Assembly: GCA_964188305.1 (NCBI GenBank)
Contig: OZ076886.1
Length of the DNA stretch: 64,000 nucleotides
Reading direction: 5' to 3' (one strand)
DNA from: Podarcis bocagei
Taxonomy: Eukaryota
Shown here: positions 36,164 through 50,110 of the stretch, piece by piece
Layout of the letters: every line of letters begins with the position of its first letter
How positions within the stretch are numbered: the stretch's first letter is position 1
Made by a program: the position numbers and the translations under genes
The notes under the pieces: model-generated
Database searches by the model: none
What the model was told of the DNA's origin: nothing
The model's input: only the letters and a program-made list of their open reading frames with translations

Positions 36164-39100
36164 GAATGCCTAGAACTGTGCACTGCATTCAAAATGTGTC
36201 TTTACCATAGATTAATGACATTCTATGTTATTTGCTATTAGGAAAGAGAAAAAGCAGGAATATCTGAAATGAGCTGCAATTGCATTTTCTGTTCCTTGCT
36301 GTGCAAACCAACATGGAACAAATATTGGGCGGTGGGATACAGTACCTTGCTCTCTCTTGGTGGGCAAATATACTCAACTGATTTCTGTGGATATGGTATA
36401 TTAGTATATAAAAATTATTAGAACATTTAAAAAGTTATTGTCTCAAATTTAATAGTTATCATTTTAGTCATCTGATGTAATCATATTCAACTCTTAAAAG
36501 TTTGCCATTAATCTACATGAGATGGATCCAATTCATTTAATTAATTAAGTGCCTGAACTAGTTAGTGATCCATCTTTTTAAAAAAGAAGAAGCTAGCATA
36601 TGAAAGAAAAAAAAAGGATGAATACCAATAGGAACAAAGGCATTTTTAAAAATGTGATAAGGGGCAAGTTCCATCGACTCCCACTAAAGCATGCTAATCT
36701 CCCAGTTATCCTCTGACAACCAAGGTTAGGTCAGATTAGTCACAACTGCCACTGTATAGACTCTGAACATATTGTCAGACTCAGGAACGACGACAGCATG
36801 GCACAGAAGCTACAGCACGCTCAAAAACCAGGATGTCAGCCTGCCATGTGCCACACGATCCTGGTTAGTCAGTTGCATTTTAGGGCACAGCCAAAAAAAC
36901 ACACACTTCTGTTCTGTTATTGGAAAGGTAGTAGAGACAGAGTCTGTTTTCTAAAATTCCCACCAGCTCCAGCCAACACAACTAATAGTCATGCATGATG
37001 GGTGTTATAGACCAACAACATCTGGAGAGCTACAAGTTTCCCACTCCAGCCTCACAGGCTGAGGAGATGAATTTTTCTCTGCCTTCCAGTGGTTCGTGTG
37101 TAAAACTCCCAAACTGCTTTTTGAAAAACAGTTTTAGACGTCTGTGAATCAGAGCCTGAGAGGAAATACTTTTAAATCAAATCTGTATATGTACACAAGA
37201 GTGAATTTGGAGGGTTTTGTGGCAGGGGGGTGGGGGGGTGGGGAGTCAGAGGAAATTTGACAGAAGCAAAATGCATTTCTATAAGGCTAGCAAAATCTCT
37301 CAGAGTTCTGCACTTCCAGTGCACACCCATCTAGATTACATCCAGTAGTTATTATCTTTTAAATCACTTTTACTACAGGCAGTATCTTCTATGTGGGTTT
37401 TTTCTAGGTCAATCTCATTCAAACTGAGGTACAAAGCACATATATTTAAATAAAATAAAAAAGCACTGAGGAAGTAGATCAGTCCCAATTCCATAGAAAT
37501 ATTCCCCAAAGCTCCACTGATGTCACATTTGCTGTATTCTAATCTTCTCCACTGAACTCCAAAGGAATAAACTGCCAAGCAAAACTTGATACCCTGGGAA
37601 CACTCACTTGCCTATGTTGCAAAAAGATGCATACATAAAATCTGGCCATTTCAGGCCTTGAATAATTTACAGAGTAATCCTACCTTCCTGGGTGGGCAGA
37701 GCCAATTGCTGCATCTGCTGCTGCTGCTGCTAGGCAATGTGGAAGGTGAGTGAAGACTTTTCCTGGGGGTTTTTCATCCTTTCCTTTCTTTTTCTTTTTA
37801 AGAGTCTATCTCATTGATCACAATGGGAAGGAATTAACCCCACCATCTCCAGGGCCTCTAGGGGGCAGGAAATGAGGGCGCTTTGGAGCTTATAGATCCA
37901 CAACCTTCCCCCACATACTCCCAGCATGCCCCTGGAATGCCCTGTTTCTGGCTCTGCAACACATGAGGAAGTGTTAGCATGTCGGCAAGAGTTACGGCTC
38001 CATTCTGCTGCCACACTGAGGAAGCTACTCTTTTCAAAGAGGGAGATCTGCAGTATCCTTTGAGTGTAGGCTTGCTCCCTTAACCACAGGTATGACTCTG
38101 GAGTCTATTTAGCTAAGTACCTTATACGTTTCTGTTATCAATTGGTTCTTCAATGTGTGGAGAAGGAGTGTTTAGCAGACCACTGGAGAGCAACTCTCTA
38201 GGGTTCATCACTCTGATGTTTTTCTTCTATACTAGACATTCCCCAAAGCCCAAATCATCAAATTTTAGGGTTTACAGTTGCTGACTTGGAGCTACAAACA
38301 TGAATACTTTAAAATAAGAGATTAAGTGGCTGGATGTTTAGTTCTTTATAACCACTGAATGTATAATTCTATGCATAAGGCAAACCTTTACTATTAGTTT
38401 TATAAAAGATATGGATACCAGCCAGGAGCTGGTGTGAGGGACCTTGCTACAAAAGCCATTGAACAGCTGTCATGTAATCACATTCCATCAGTCTCTACTT
38501 CGTTTTGCCAGATTTAACTCACAGTGTACCAAACTCCTAGAAATCATCTTTGCAAACAGTAAACAGATTGGTACTGTGTTTGGTTACTGCAGAGCAGCAG
38601 TCTGCTCAAAAACCTCTCTTCTAGCTCAAATCAAAACAGTAGGAGTTTGGAACAGAACACTGCAATGATTTGAAAGGCCACAGCATGTGAATGTTTGAAA
38701 GCCCATTTTGTGTGGCTCCTCTGTTGTGATATTAACAAGTCAATGCTGCAACTCGTGTTCATGGTGGGTGGTATACTAGGGAATATCGATTGTACATGCT
38801 ATTCAAGGTAACACAAGGAATTCACGCTTTTCTCCCGTCGAATTATACAATGTGTGAAACACAATATGTGTAGTAGCACCAATAAATAAATAAATACACT
38901 TTAAAAATCCTAATCTTCATCAGTTTATCCTGTGCTGGCTGCCAAGAAAGCACACATTTGGAGATCAGAAATGTGTAAATTAAGTACTCCTGCTGTGCAG
39001 AATTGATTCTGCTTCCTGGAAGGTGGACTATAACTCAGGTCCCAAGTTCAACCACTAGTAGCTTCAATTTAAAGGTTGTAGGTAATAAGGGGAAGACCTC

Positions 39101-40538
39101 TCTTTAAGACACTGGAGAGCCACTGCCAGTCAGAATTAACAGTGCTGGACTAGATAATTTTCAGTTTGTCACAACATCAAGTGCTACTGCATCCAACACT
39201 ACAATAAATACAAATTGCCATTAGTTTCTGGTACATTGCTGCAGGGAGAAAAAGTTTTAAATTGTGCTAGCTTCTTTGAGCTAAGCAAGATTTCAGAGAC
39301 CAAAGATGGGCAACTCAGTAAGTTGCATGCGCACCCTGCATTCCAGTTTTCCCCCTGAAGATTGCCTCTGCAACCCAGCTTCTGGCCACTGTGTCTCTTC
39401 TTCCTAGGAAGGAGAGGGAGAGTGGCCAGGTGGTGGGGAAGTGAGCATAGTACAATGGCATCAGCAGGAGTGCCAGATTAGCTGGATCACTACTTTTGCA
39501 CCAACCCACCTCCCTGCTGCCTCGCCATTCCTCTCCTTCCCAGCATACAGCAATAACTCAGCTGTCAGGGGGTCATTTGAGTGTCATTTCAACCATGCCA
39601 CCCACTACTGCAAATCACAAGCAAAACACTAAAGGAGTTAATGAAAAACTCACAACACAGAATAGAAGACCACAGCCATTTCAGGTTTCTGTGGATAAAG
39701 TCACCACAGCTTTCAATGATCTGAGTTTGTAGTTTATTTAATCCAAAGCCACCATGCCCATGAGCTCCAGGGCAGGTAACTGTTTCTAGGGGAAAGGGTT
39801 CATATTTACCTATCTAATTTTTTATTCCAATAGTAAGTGGGTAAAGATTATCACTGAGAGCAGGTGTGGTTTTTCCTGAAGATGTGAAAGAAAAATAGAA
39901 GCAATGTGCAGAGTGGTGCTACAGAAATGACAGAAAGTCTTCTGTCTGCCCTTGAAATTCTCTGAAGGTGCTCAAGCGGCTGTAAGCAAAAACAGAGGAA
40001 GAACTGGCCCCCCAAAAGAAAATCCTTAGGCTGGGAAATAAGGATAGTTATTATACCAATGTATTAGTCACCCTCTGTTTTTAATTTTCTAAACGGGGCC
40101 CAGGGGCAGCTCTGCTCTTCCCCTCTGGAGAGAGTTATCTGCTGTAAATTTGCATATTTAACCATTGTTACATATGAATAATCTATAAAACAAGGCAATG
40201 TTGCAAAATGCAAAAGGCCTGCTAGGGAGGAAAATAAGTCATATTAGTATTCATTACAGACCCCATAATCACCATTTGGAGATGAATTAATCGCTAATAG
40301 CTCCATAGGCATATTTGAGGCTGTTGATAGCAAAGAAAAGTTTAAGAAGAAAGGGCTGCTGCCAGGGAGGGAATCAGTTTATGGGATCCAACTGATCAGC
40401 ATTCTATGCAAGGAAGAGGAAAACATAAAAGACTGCAGTTGGGTGTTCTAGCGGAGGAGTGATTAGTACATCAACCCCAACATTGGGTGGCTGGTCTCTA
40501 AAGACAGTGCCTTTATGGGAGATATTGTGCCTCTAACT

Positions 40539-41235
40539 TAAGGTTACCAGATTTTTTTCAATGAATCCGGGGATACATTAATTAATTAATTTCTACACGT
40601 TTGGGGCGTTGATGCTGCAGCGATGGTGGTGGCAGAGGGGCCGCCGCCGCCTTGACCTCAACCGCCACGTTTCCGCTTTCTCCAAGGTTTCTATCTCCTT
40701 TCTCCATGAGCCTGAGTTGTTGGTTCTTTGGTGGTGGTGGTGGGGAAGTGGTGTGTGATGGGTCAGGCATGGAAAGTGGAGGAGGAGGGCCGAGAGTTGC
40801 GGTGGCGAGGCTTGGGCAGCGCGATGCCTCCCTTCCCATCGGAGCAGCTCCAATCCCACTCCTACTTGCATGCAAGCAGGAGGGGGCGGGGATCCCTCAG
40901 CTGGGAAGGGAGGCTTCCCGTTGCCTAACTGAGAGATCCCTGCCCCCTCCTGCTTGCATGCAAGCTCTGATATGCAGCATGAAGCCTCCCTTCACAGCTT
41001 AGTTGCTGGGGTCAGGGAAGGTGGAGGCAGCCCGGAAGCTGCATCTTAGAACCCCTGCACCACCATCATATGGGGACTTCCGAGCAGCTCCTGAAGCCAG
41101 CCAGAGCCAACTGCTCCGGGCTGCTGAGACTGCCACTGCTGCGTTTCCTGGGGACATTAGATGAAATCCTGGGGCATTCCAAGTAATGGAATTTGTCTGG
41201 TGACTTATTCGCAAATCTATGGTCTGATAACCATA
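40539..41235. mobile_element. hAT (Tip100-like) non-autonomous element with GC-rich interior
   Basis: TIRs taaggttaccaga/tctgataaccata; perfect 8-bp TSD ctctaact (40531-40538, 41236-41243). Confidence 0.85.
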
Positions 41236-41385
41236 CTCTAACTGCAATAGAGGCAACCCTGTACTTTACAAATATATCTCTCAATGAATGACTGCCAATG
41301 AGAAAAAGTAGAATGCTATACCTGGAGATACTGTTGGAGTGAGAGCAAACATTTGTCTCCTGATTGTCTACCTGGCCTCCAAGGA

Positions 41386-42035
41386 CAGTGGTATGGCAGG
41401 GATCCATGTGTCCCTGCTGCCACAGTTGGAGAAAAGGGGGGGCAGGAGGAGTGACCAGCCACAGGTGCCACAGAGCTGCATAGTGGGGGCGGGCACTGTC
41501 GGGCTCCACTGCTCCCTTTCCCCCCTCCCTCGCCTTCCCTCTTTATCGGTGGGAGAGCATGTGCCTGTGCCGCCACCCCCTGAATCCACTCAGGCTCAGG
41601 CATTGTCCTTACTGGCACCACCAGGAGGCAGAGGCAGGTGACAGGCAAGTGCCTGGGAGCTGCACAAAGCCGCTTCTCTCTTGGCTGCAATGCACTCAGT
41701 AGCCCTTAAGCACCTATACTCAGGTATTCATGGGTTACTGTTCCCGAGTAATGGGCTGTGTTTTGGAAGTTGAGAACAAATTAACAGGGCAACTCTTTTC
41801 TCTCTCCCTCTGCCCCCTCCCACCTTTCCACATCTCCCTGCTTAACTCTTTCCTGCCTTGCTGCCTTTCGGGGATTTTTTAAACGTGGAATTTTGTGAAG
41901 CACTTACCTAGATTTGGGAAGGTTTAAGATGGCAGCCCTCATCTGACCATACCACCAACTCCCTATGGCTGAGGGGACCTCAGACCCCACCCCCCAAAAT
42001 GGAATGGGGCTAAGCCCCCCCTAGCTATGCCACTG
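41386..42035. mobile_element. Older hAT-like non-autonomous element
   Basis: Imperfect TIRs cagtggtatggcaggg/ccctagctatgccactg; TSD not recognisable. Confidence 0.5.
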
Positions 42036-45000
42036 CCTGCTGCACAGAATTCACAGACACACAAACACACAGCAACATACACAGGCTTCCAGCAGAGTAC
42101 AAGTTATCCTTATTCACCCCAAGCCCACTTGTCATAATGATTGGCATTTCATAAGTATAATTATAAATTGTGCGACAGCTTAGCCTTCAACACTTCTTCA
42201 GTGGCTATAATAATTCACATTTTTATCGACTGTCACAGCAAGTGTCAGAATTCCAGAAATCTGCAAATCATTTTCAAGGTTTTCTCAAAGGCTTTGGTAG
42301 GGTTTTACTTGCTAGAGCACTGGCAGGACACAAATACGTCCAAGATGCGCACATGGGTGTTTTTGCATTTGTTCCTAGCTACACTGTGTTGCCAAGGCCA
42401 CCTCACATAATAATATTGTATTTGCACCAGCTAGCCTGTGGTCTGAATGTATTTTGATTAATTTAGCATCTACCCATGAATCCTCTGGTATCTTTCAAAT
42501 GGAAGCCGGATGAGTAAGAGATCCTATACAGAAAACAACTCTACAGTCTCACAAGGAATGGCGGTAATGAGGCTCTTCATAAATAGATTTTATACAACTG
42601 CCCTCAAAATTGTCAGAATTAAATGGAAAACTGTTTCGCTCCCTAATACAAATCCCTAATTTTCCCCATCCAGCTGAATACAAAACTATGTCATGCTGTT
42701 GAACAGAGAAGTTTGCCTTAAAAATCTCATAGAAAGGTTATTGCTGCCTCTTAAATTCTATAGGATTTTAAAGGTTAAGATTTGAATATCTAAGCTCTCC
42801 GACTCTCACTCAGCAGCCTCAATCTTCACTGTGCAGTTTGAAGCAGCATTAATCAGCCTGAAATAACAAGACTCTTGCAGGCAAAATGATTTCTTTATTT
42901 CACTTTAATTATAACATACAAGCTTAATGCTGAGAATCTGACAAATGGGCAAGCAGGAGGAATTGTTGCTTTAAGGGCAATTATGGCCAGATAGAGCGAT
43001 ATATTATACCTCAATGAAACACAAACCCGTCTTGATCAGCTATAACAGAAGATGTGTGCTGTAATTAAACCAGATTTCATGTTGTTTGAAAAGAAATATG
43101 CAGGTGTTTGAATGAACCATGCACTGACCATATTCTGAAAGCGGAGTTTGCTTTGTAGCACCCCCGTTGACAAGTACCACAATACATACATAGCACAGCC
43201 TTCTTTCAGCACCTTTGCCGTTAGTATTCCAGGTGAAATAAAAATGCCTGTCTTTTCAAGATGCTATTCATAGAGCAGAACTACACACTGTGCAGAAAAT
43301 AGGGCTACTGCCCCAAATGGACCCCTGGGTTGAGTTTTGCACCTCTGCCTCTAACATCACAAAGCCTGTGTCCATATATTACTGTGGCAAGGGCTGCTGC
43401 TCAGTAGTGGAGCTACTGCTTTGCAGGAAAAAGGTATCTGGTTCAACCCCTGGCATCTCCAGGCAGGGCTGGAGAAGACTTCTGTCTCAAACCCTTTGGA
43501 GCCACTGCCCCTCAGTATAGACACATCCAAGTTAGATGGACCAATAGGAAGTTTCCTATGTTCGTAATGTGTGTTTCCCTGACCATGGCAGGATATCAAG
43601 CAGCATGCGATGGTGGGTAGACACACCACAAGGTAAATTATAATGGCAGTAATGCCCCCTTAGCTGTGGAATTATCTTCACCTCAAGGGCATGGGAAACG
43701 CTAACATCTGCTTTCCTATGAATTTGATAAATAAAGTCTAGGCTATTCAAGATCTGGGATGAGTTGGACCACTGCTGTTATCTTTGGTGGTTGTAATATT
43801 CATAGAATTCTTTGTTGTTTTATGGTTGCTTCTTTGTATAATAGATTGTTAGATATTAATGTAGGATATCACGCTATGGTTCTTTTGTAATGAAAATTGG
43901 TCTAAAAGTGGTCAGTCAATCAATGAATAAAGCTGCATGCTATGGGGGGAAACTCAACACCACCCTCGTGTTCCACATAATGTGTAGCTCTACCCTTAGG
44001 GCTAAGCTAGATGCACCATTTATAAGGCTGGTGTCTCTTGTGGGTTTTTCTTTTTAAATAACAGAAATCGGGACTACAGTGTGGAGAGAACAATGGTGGC
44101 TGATCCCTTAGAGAAAGTGAGGCATTACCTCACCAACCTCATTGTCTCCAGCCAGCCAGCCTGCCTTCTTACTTACAACAAGTCTGGAATGTGACACTGC
44201 TTGTCAGCATCCTCCTCCTCAGTCTCAGTGTTGCCTAGGTGCAACTCAGTGGGGAGGAGGGGAGGGAGAAAACTCAGATTAGTGGGCTCTACCTGTCTTT
44301 GGTTCTGGCTCCACCACCTGTTGGCCTCCCTGCATTCCACCCTATCAGTTCAAATGGGCCTTAGCCACTGTTGGGAGGTAGGTTTTTAACTCGTTCCAAA
44401 GCTGTTGCTTGCCCACAAATGCATCACTGCAATGTGGTTTTTGGTAGGGAAAATGCAAGGCAGGAGGATAGGGTTATACAAAAACACACACCACTGTCTT
44501 TTTCTGGATCATCCCTCTGAAACCCTGGTGACTGCTGTTTAAAAAGGAGATAACACAAGTAAGACAAGATGGGTGGGGTATAAATAATAAAATTATATTA
44601 TCAACATGTTTAATGCCACATCTAGCTTGCCCCCAATGTCTGAAGTAGAGAAAGGGTTTCAGAATGTGGCTGTGTGCCAAGTGTAAATTACTGTCTGAAA
44701 GATACATTTAAAAATACATTTTCTAAATAGACAAAACCTGCCCTCAGTATGGTTGAAAATTATCAGGAAACATATGCTTATTAATGAGTTGGGCAATATA
44801 ATTGTGATCATCTAAATTGCTCTACTCTGAAAAAATAGATAAGTTAGAAAAGTTGGTGATGAGGGACTGGTGAGCTCTTTGTCAACAGGATCTCCCTATG
44901 CAAACAAGGATGGCTCTAAGTGCCTCTCAAAAGGTGGCTCCCAACATATGCTGCCTGGTCCTTAATTCCAAGTTCTGCTAGACTGTGGGGGGCATGCTTG

Positions 45001-45639
45001 GAAGATGTGTAACATTTGAGGGCTAGAGAAATTCTGCTGCCATTTCAGATCGTACTGCTTCTGATAAGTTTTCTAGGCACCAAACTAAGGATTTATAGGC
45101 TAATCAAGGTTACATTTATGTGAGAACAGAATTTCTGCAGCATAAAGCTCAGCTTTATGTAATTGAGGCTCCTCCATTTTTCGTTCATTCATTTTCTTCC
45201 AATTGCAGCCACTTCTCATGAAAGCGACCAAAGCAAGCCAGCATCCTCTAAGGGGCTTATGTGCTCTTCAGACATAATTATCTACACACTAGTAAAGAGC
45301 TTTTAAGAGAAGTAAAGAGCTTTTAAGACAAGATACTAAACATGCTCTTCGGTGACCTTGCCTGGTGCTCACTGTGCATGCAACTTCCGGACAATAAAAC
45401 AATGCAATTGCAGAGATCAATGAGTTCAGGCAATGGAGCAAAACAAAAATGTCATCCGGAAAACTTCAGAGCCGGATCAACTGCTATATATCTTCTGCTG
45501 AACTTAATTACCCCTGGAAAATAGATTCCTCTTTTTTAAAAAAGTATGTAAAGTCAGGTGAGCAGAGATGAGGTGAAACTGAACAGTCTGATTTCCCTAT
45601 AAGCTTATATTGGCAGAAATATCAGTTGTATACCTAGGA

Positions 45640-46720
45640 ATTATCATAAGAACATAAGCCCTGATGGATTAGAAGAAATGTCCATCTAGTCTAATATCTC
45701 ATTTCCCACATGGCCAATTGCATTCCTCTAGAAATCTCCTTTCCACTTCATTTTCTCCTCTTCAATGGATATTCAGTCCTTTACTGCCTCTGATCATATA
45801 GATATCATGGCCAAAAGCCACTGACAGACTTGATTCCTATGAATTTGTCTAATTTCTCTTTAAGCCATCTAAACTACTGGCCATGACTACATCCTGTGGC
45901 AATGAATTATAGAAATTAATTATGCATTGTGTGGAAGAGTAATTCATTTTGAATGTGATGAATCTACTGCAACCCCTTTTGTTGATTGAAATAAATTTAT
46001 AATATTACGAGAGTGAGAAAAGCACTTCACGTGCCAGTGTTGTGTAGAGGTTTGAGTGCTGGAATAGGATTTGGAAGACCAGGATCTAAATCCCCACTCA
46101 ACCATGAAGCTTTCTGGGAGACCCTAGGACCTTGGGAGATCTAGGAATGCTGGAGGAATCTGCTGAAAATGGACTATCAAATGGATTTCCTTCTGTCCAG
46201 TCAATACAATTCCCAATGATCCCTTGTTAGATGGCTAAGATATCCTTCTCTATTGTGTGTTCCATAAAGAACAACAACAACAATAAAACACATATATTTC
46301 TACATCAGTGGTCAACATAAGGGAAGACAAACTTGTGCAAAATAAGCTAATAGCTGTGGAATGGAAAATACTAGAGGAAAGTGAGAGTGAATGCTGGAAT
46401 TCAGGAATGTTCATACATCCCTAGACCAGCCACTGTCTCACAGCCTAAACCACATCACAAGGTTGTTCTGAGTATAAAATGGGTAGGGGACAACCATGTG
46501 AGGAACTTTGTCAAAAACTTTTTGGAAGTTTAGTTATGGTATATAACATCTACCAGATCTCCCTGTTTGCTTGGATACTGACACCTCTGAAGAACTGCAA
46601 AAGATTAGTGAGGTAAGACTTTCGTTTGCAGCAGCCCTACTGATACTTTTCCAAAAATACATTTTATCTTTAAAAATGTGTCATCCAGTAAATAAGGACA
46701 GACATTAACTGGCATGTAAT
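45640..46720 (-). mobile_element. Old CR1 fragments with a nested tRNA/CORE-like SINE remnant (~46030-46500)
   Basis: cataagaacataag tail, gccatctaaactactggccatgactacatcctgtggcaatgaat, ttgtcaaaaactttttggaag; ends approximate. Confidence 0.55.
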
Positions 46721-47316
46721 GACTGATGTGTAAGTTTTCAAAACCATGGTGCTTACTCATTCCTAGCTTTGCACAAGCAATCAATTATTTTTGAAACAGC
46801 AGATAGCTCCAGTCAATCTATGTATATGAGAGGTTACTTTTATGTTATGACTGAAACAGATGTGATGCAAGATATATGATCCAATATTTGGGGGCTCCAA
46901 ATTTGATCAGAGCATTGGCTAGGAGTTTAACCCTCTCTCCCTTGCCATTTTACTGATATTAATCCACTCCAAACCTGCTGTTAGTCCCTGGGGGAAAATA
47001 AAAGCGTGAAGCAAGTCCACCCACCCACCTGGGCTAGCAACAGATGCGGAGGGAAAAATAGATTAGGCAAACAGATCTGACAGATAAACTATTCCCATCA
47101 CTGCTGCTCTGATAAAAATTGGAGCATCCTGTATCTAAGTTTTTTTTAAAAAAAGAATTATAATGTTAAGAGCCCCAGTTACAGATGTCTCACATATGGG
47201 ACTAAATTCTGCCACTGAGAGTGGCATAAAAACATAGTACTTATGGAGCATATTTCAGAATTTGAGGTGAAGGAGACAGTAAACACCATGAGGGTACATC
47301 TGATAACTGGATTCTA

Positions 47317-47371
47317 AAATGCTTCTTGGCATTACATGAGTAAATGCTTCTTGGCATTACATGAGTAAATG
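47317..47371. repeat. 25-bp tandem duplication
   Basis: aaatgcttcttggcattacatgagt repeated twice. Confidence 0.9.
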
Positions 47372-49391
47372 TGGCAGTGTGCGTGCATGTGCATTGATTG
47401 GAATGAATATGCATTTACCATTCATTGTTGCTGAAATGCTGTCCTCCCATAGGAACACCTGGGTAATTGTTAAGCAACAGCCCCCAAGTGGTTATGGCCT
47501 TTCATGCAACTTGTAAATGATGGGAACAGAGCTCATATGAGAAGATATCACTGGTTAATGTTTGAAAGCAGGAGGCATATCATTCCTTCCATTGTGCTCA
47601 TGGTGGTGATTGATGTTTCTATTGTTTCTCCAATAAGTCAAATTGGCCTGTTACTGCCTGGCAAGGACATTTATTTAAAAGATGCTTAACACAAAACATT
47701 CTACCTCAAAGAATTATTATCTTCAGGAGATAAATGAGAAGGGTTTTTTTCCCCCTCCTGTAAAAGAAATTAAACTGGCTTCTTCTGGCCTATAATCTAT
47801 GCAGTTCCTTGTATTTTTGTCTATATAGCAGAATGTTTAAACAGCCCTCTTTAAGAATGGGCTGCGGGGAAATGATTTTATTCAGCAAGCATTTGTTATA
47901 TGTTGAAAATTAAATGGTTTTAATTATGAGTTCAGTAAGAGGGTAGGTGCCACCGCATTCCGTGAGCCACCATGCTGTCTATAAGACTTCCTCTCTTTCC
48001 TTGTCCACTTTTGCTGTACTAGCTACACAAAGGGCACCAGAGTATATTAACAAAATCCCAAATGATCTGATGTTTTAGAAGTCAGTACAAATATGTTGGC
48101 CACTGAATGCAAGTTACCTCAAAATTCATTTTGGTTAGACTGCAATGATATCGAACAGAAGATGCTCATTGAATGGAGCCACAATGACTAATTTCTGTAA
48201 TTTATCTTTAGACCTTTTATACTGTCACTGAATGAATGGGTACTTGAAGCCAAGTTCCCTGGATATGCATCCAACTCCTTATATAACTATTTCCATTGCA
48301 TATAAATGAATTAGACATACAGAATATGACTTGTCTTAAAGATTCACATTTGTTATTCTCACTTCCCCCTTTTTGTACTGTATTTGTGTAATGTACAATG
48401 AAATCCTGTACATGAGGGATCTTCAGTCTCTTTAGGCTCAAGAGCACATCTGGAAATCTAAGGAACTGTTATGGACACCACAAAGTACCCATTTCACAAA
48501 ACAAAAGGCAAAAACCTACTCACACACCCAAAATAAAGCATAAACAAAAAAAACCCCAGTCCTTCCTAAATAAAAAGGCCCCCAAACAACCAAAAATGTT
48601 AACAACCCCCATTTCACTTAACTATTTAAAAAACAGGAGTGACAGGGGGCCTTAGTAGGTGGCAAGGGGGGTGTCTGAGGGTGACGCTGTGCCATTGGGC
48701 AGCATGTTGGGAACCCCAGCTGTGCATGTTTATTCAGAAATAAGTCCCATCACGAAACTTATTTCCAGGTGATCTCCCATCCAGGCTGCAGACAGAGTCA
48801 GTCATGTTTAGCTTAGCTTTGCAAAGGTTTGCATCACCATGTGACTTCCAAGACAATGCCAGGAACCATGCCATAATTGGGAATAAAGATATCAAATTAA
48901 TACCTTCCAACAGGAATTTAATGTATGGAGGATATCATTCTCTTCTTTAACAATTCATCAAAGTTACAACTTGTGAGGCAATTTCTCCCCTAATCAGATT
49001 CAAAGGTGGTTTCTGCTCACTTGGCTATGTACTGTATCATTGGCAGAGATAAATAAAGGACAAGCAATTCCTTTCAGTATCAGAAGGAAGAAAAAAAGTT
49101 GATCTATTTACTCCATGGCAGCCTGGGCAATACATCACTTTGATCTAAATCAAATTCATATTGATGTTTTACTCAAACCATATTAAAATGAATCCCAGTT
49201 GCTAGAGATACATGAAATATTTAGAGGGCACAAAGGATATTTCCTTCCCAGTAAATATGCTTCTCTTTGCAGAACAGTGAGGTTAAGAAATAGAAATTGG
49301 CTCTTTAAAAAGGGGGAAAGGAAAGCTGGATTGAATATGCTTTTAATTCCATGTTTGAACCACTCTGAGTTGGTGGATTCTACCATATGAG

Positions 49392-49465
49392 ACAGGAGTG
49401 CCTGGTGTGCTCTGGTCCATGGGGTCATGAAGAGTCGGACAGGACTAAATGACTAAACAACAACC
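49392..49465 (+). mobile_element. 5'-truncated BovB (RTE) LINE 3' end
   Basis: gcctggtgtgctctggtccatggggtcatgaagagtcggac with (CAA)n tail; TSD accatatgag (49382-49391, 49466-49475). Confidence 0.85.
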
Positions 49466-50110
49466 ACCATATGAGTGTTTACACCAACAAGCCGGGTTAA
49501 CGTTAATCAAGCTGCACACACAAGTAAAGAGAAGGCTGCCAGGTTACTGTATGCAGCTGTTTCACCCACTGTGAGTTGTCAGTGTGGCATGCAAAAGTAG
49601 CCAATAATTGCCATTAAAAGTAACCAATTACTACATTTGAAAACCTGAGTAGAAAGCAGGGAGGAGTAAGAGACTTTGTGCTGGACACCAGGGGGTGGCT
49701 TTTTTCCACCTGCCTTGCCCCATCCTCCAACCCTAGGAGCCTTCAGAAGGGAGATGCTGCCAGAAGGACAACTGTTGCTTAATTAATAGATATATGTTTA
49801 GTTAAATGTTTCTTTATGTCAAATGAATTGTTACATGCTGATTTTTTTTAGTGTTATGTTGCTGTGATATTACATGGCTTACTACATATTGCTATTGTAT
49901 TATTGTATTTATTTATTATTGTATTTATTCTGTGAAACTTTGAGCACAGATTCATTTGTGGAGAATGCAATTTATGAAGAAAATTACAATGGCAAAGTTC
50001 TTTTCTGCACCACACATAAACTGAACAGGACATTCTGCAAGGGCAGGGTGGTGGTGGCTTAGTAAAGGTATGCTGTTAAGACTTTTTCTTTTTATGCCGG
50101 AGGAATAGAT

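Noticed and set aside
37700-37752. Plus-strand exon with (CTG)n and donor GAAG|GTGAGT; likewise a donor at ~16903
   Set aside because: Isolated donor motifs with no convincing acceptor or reading frame
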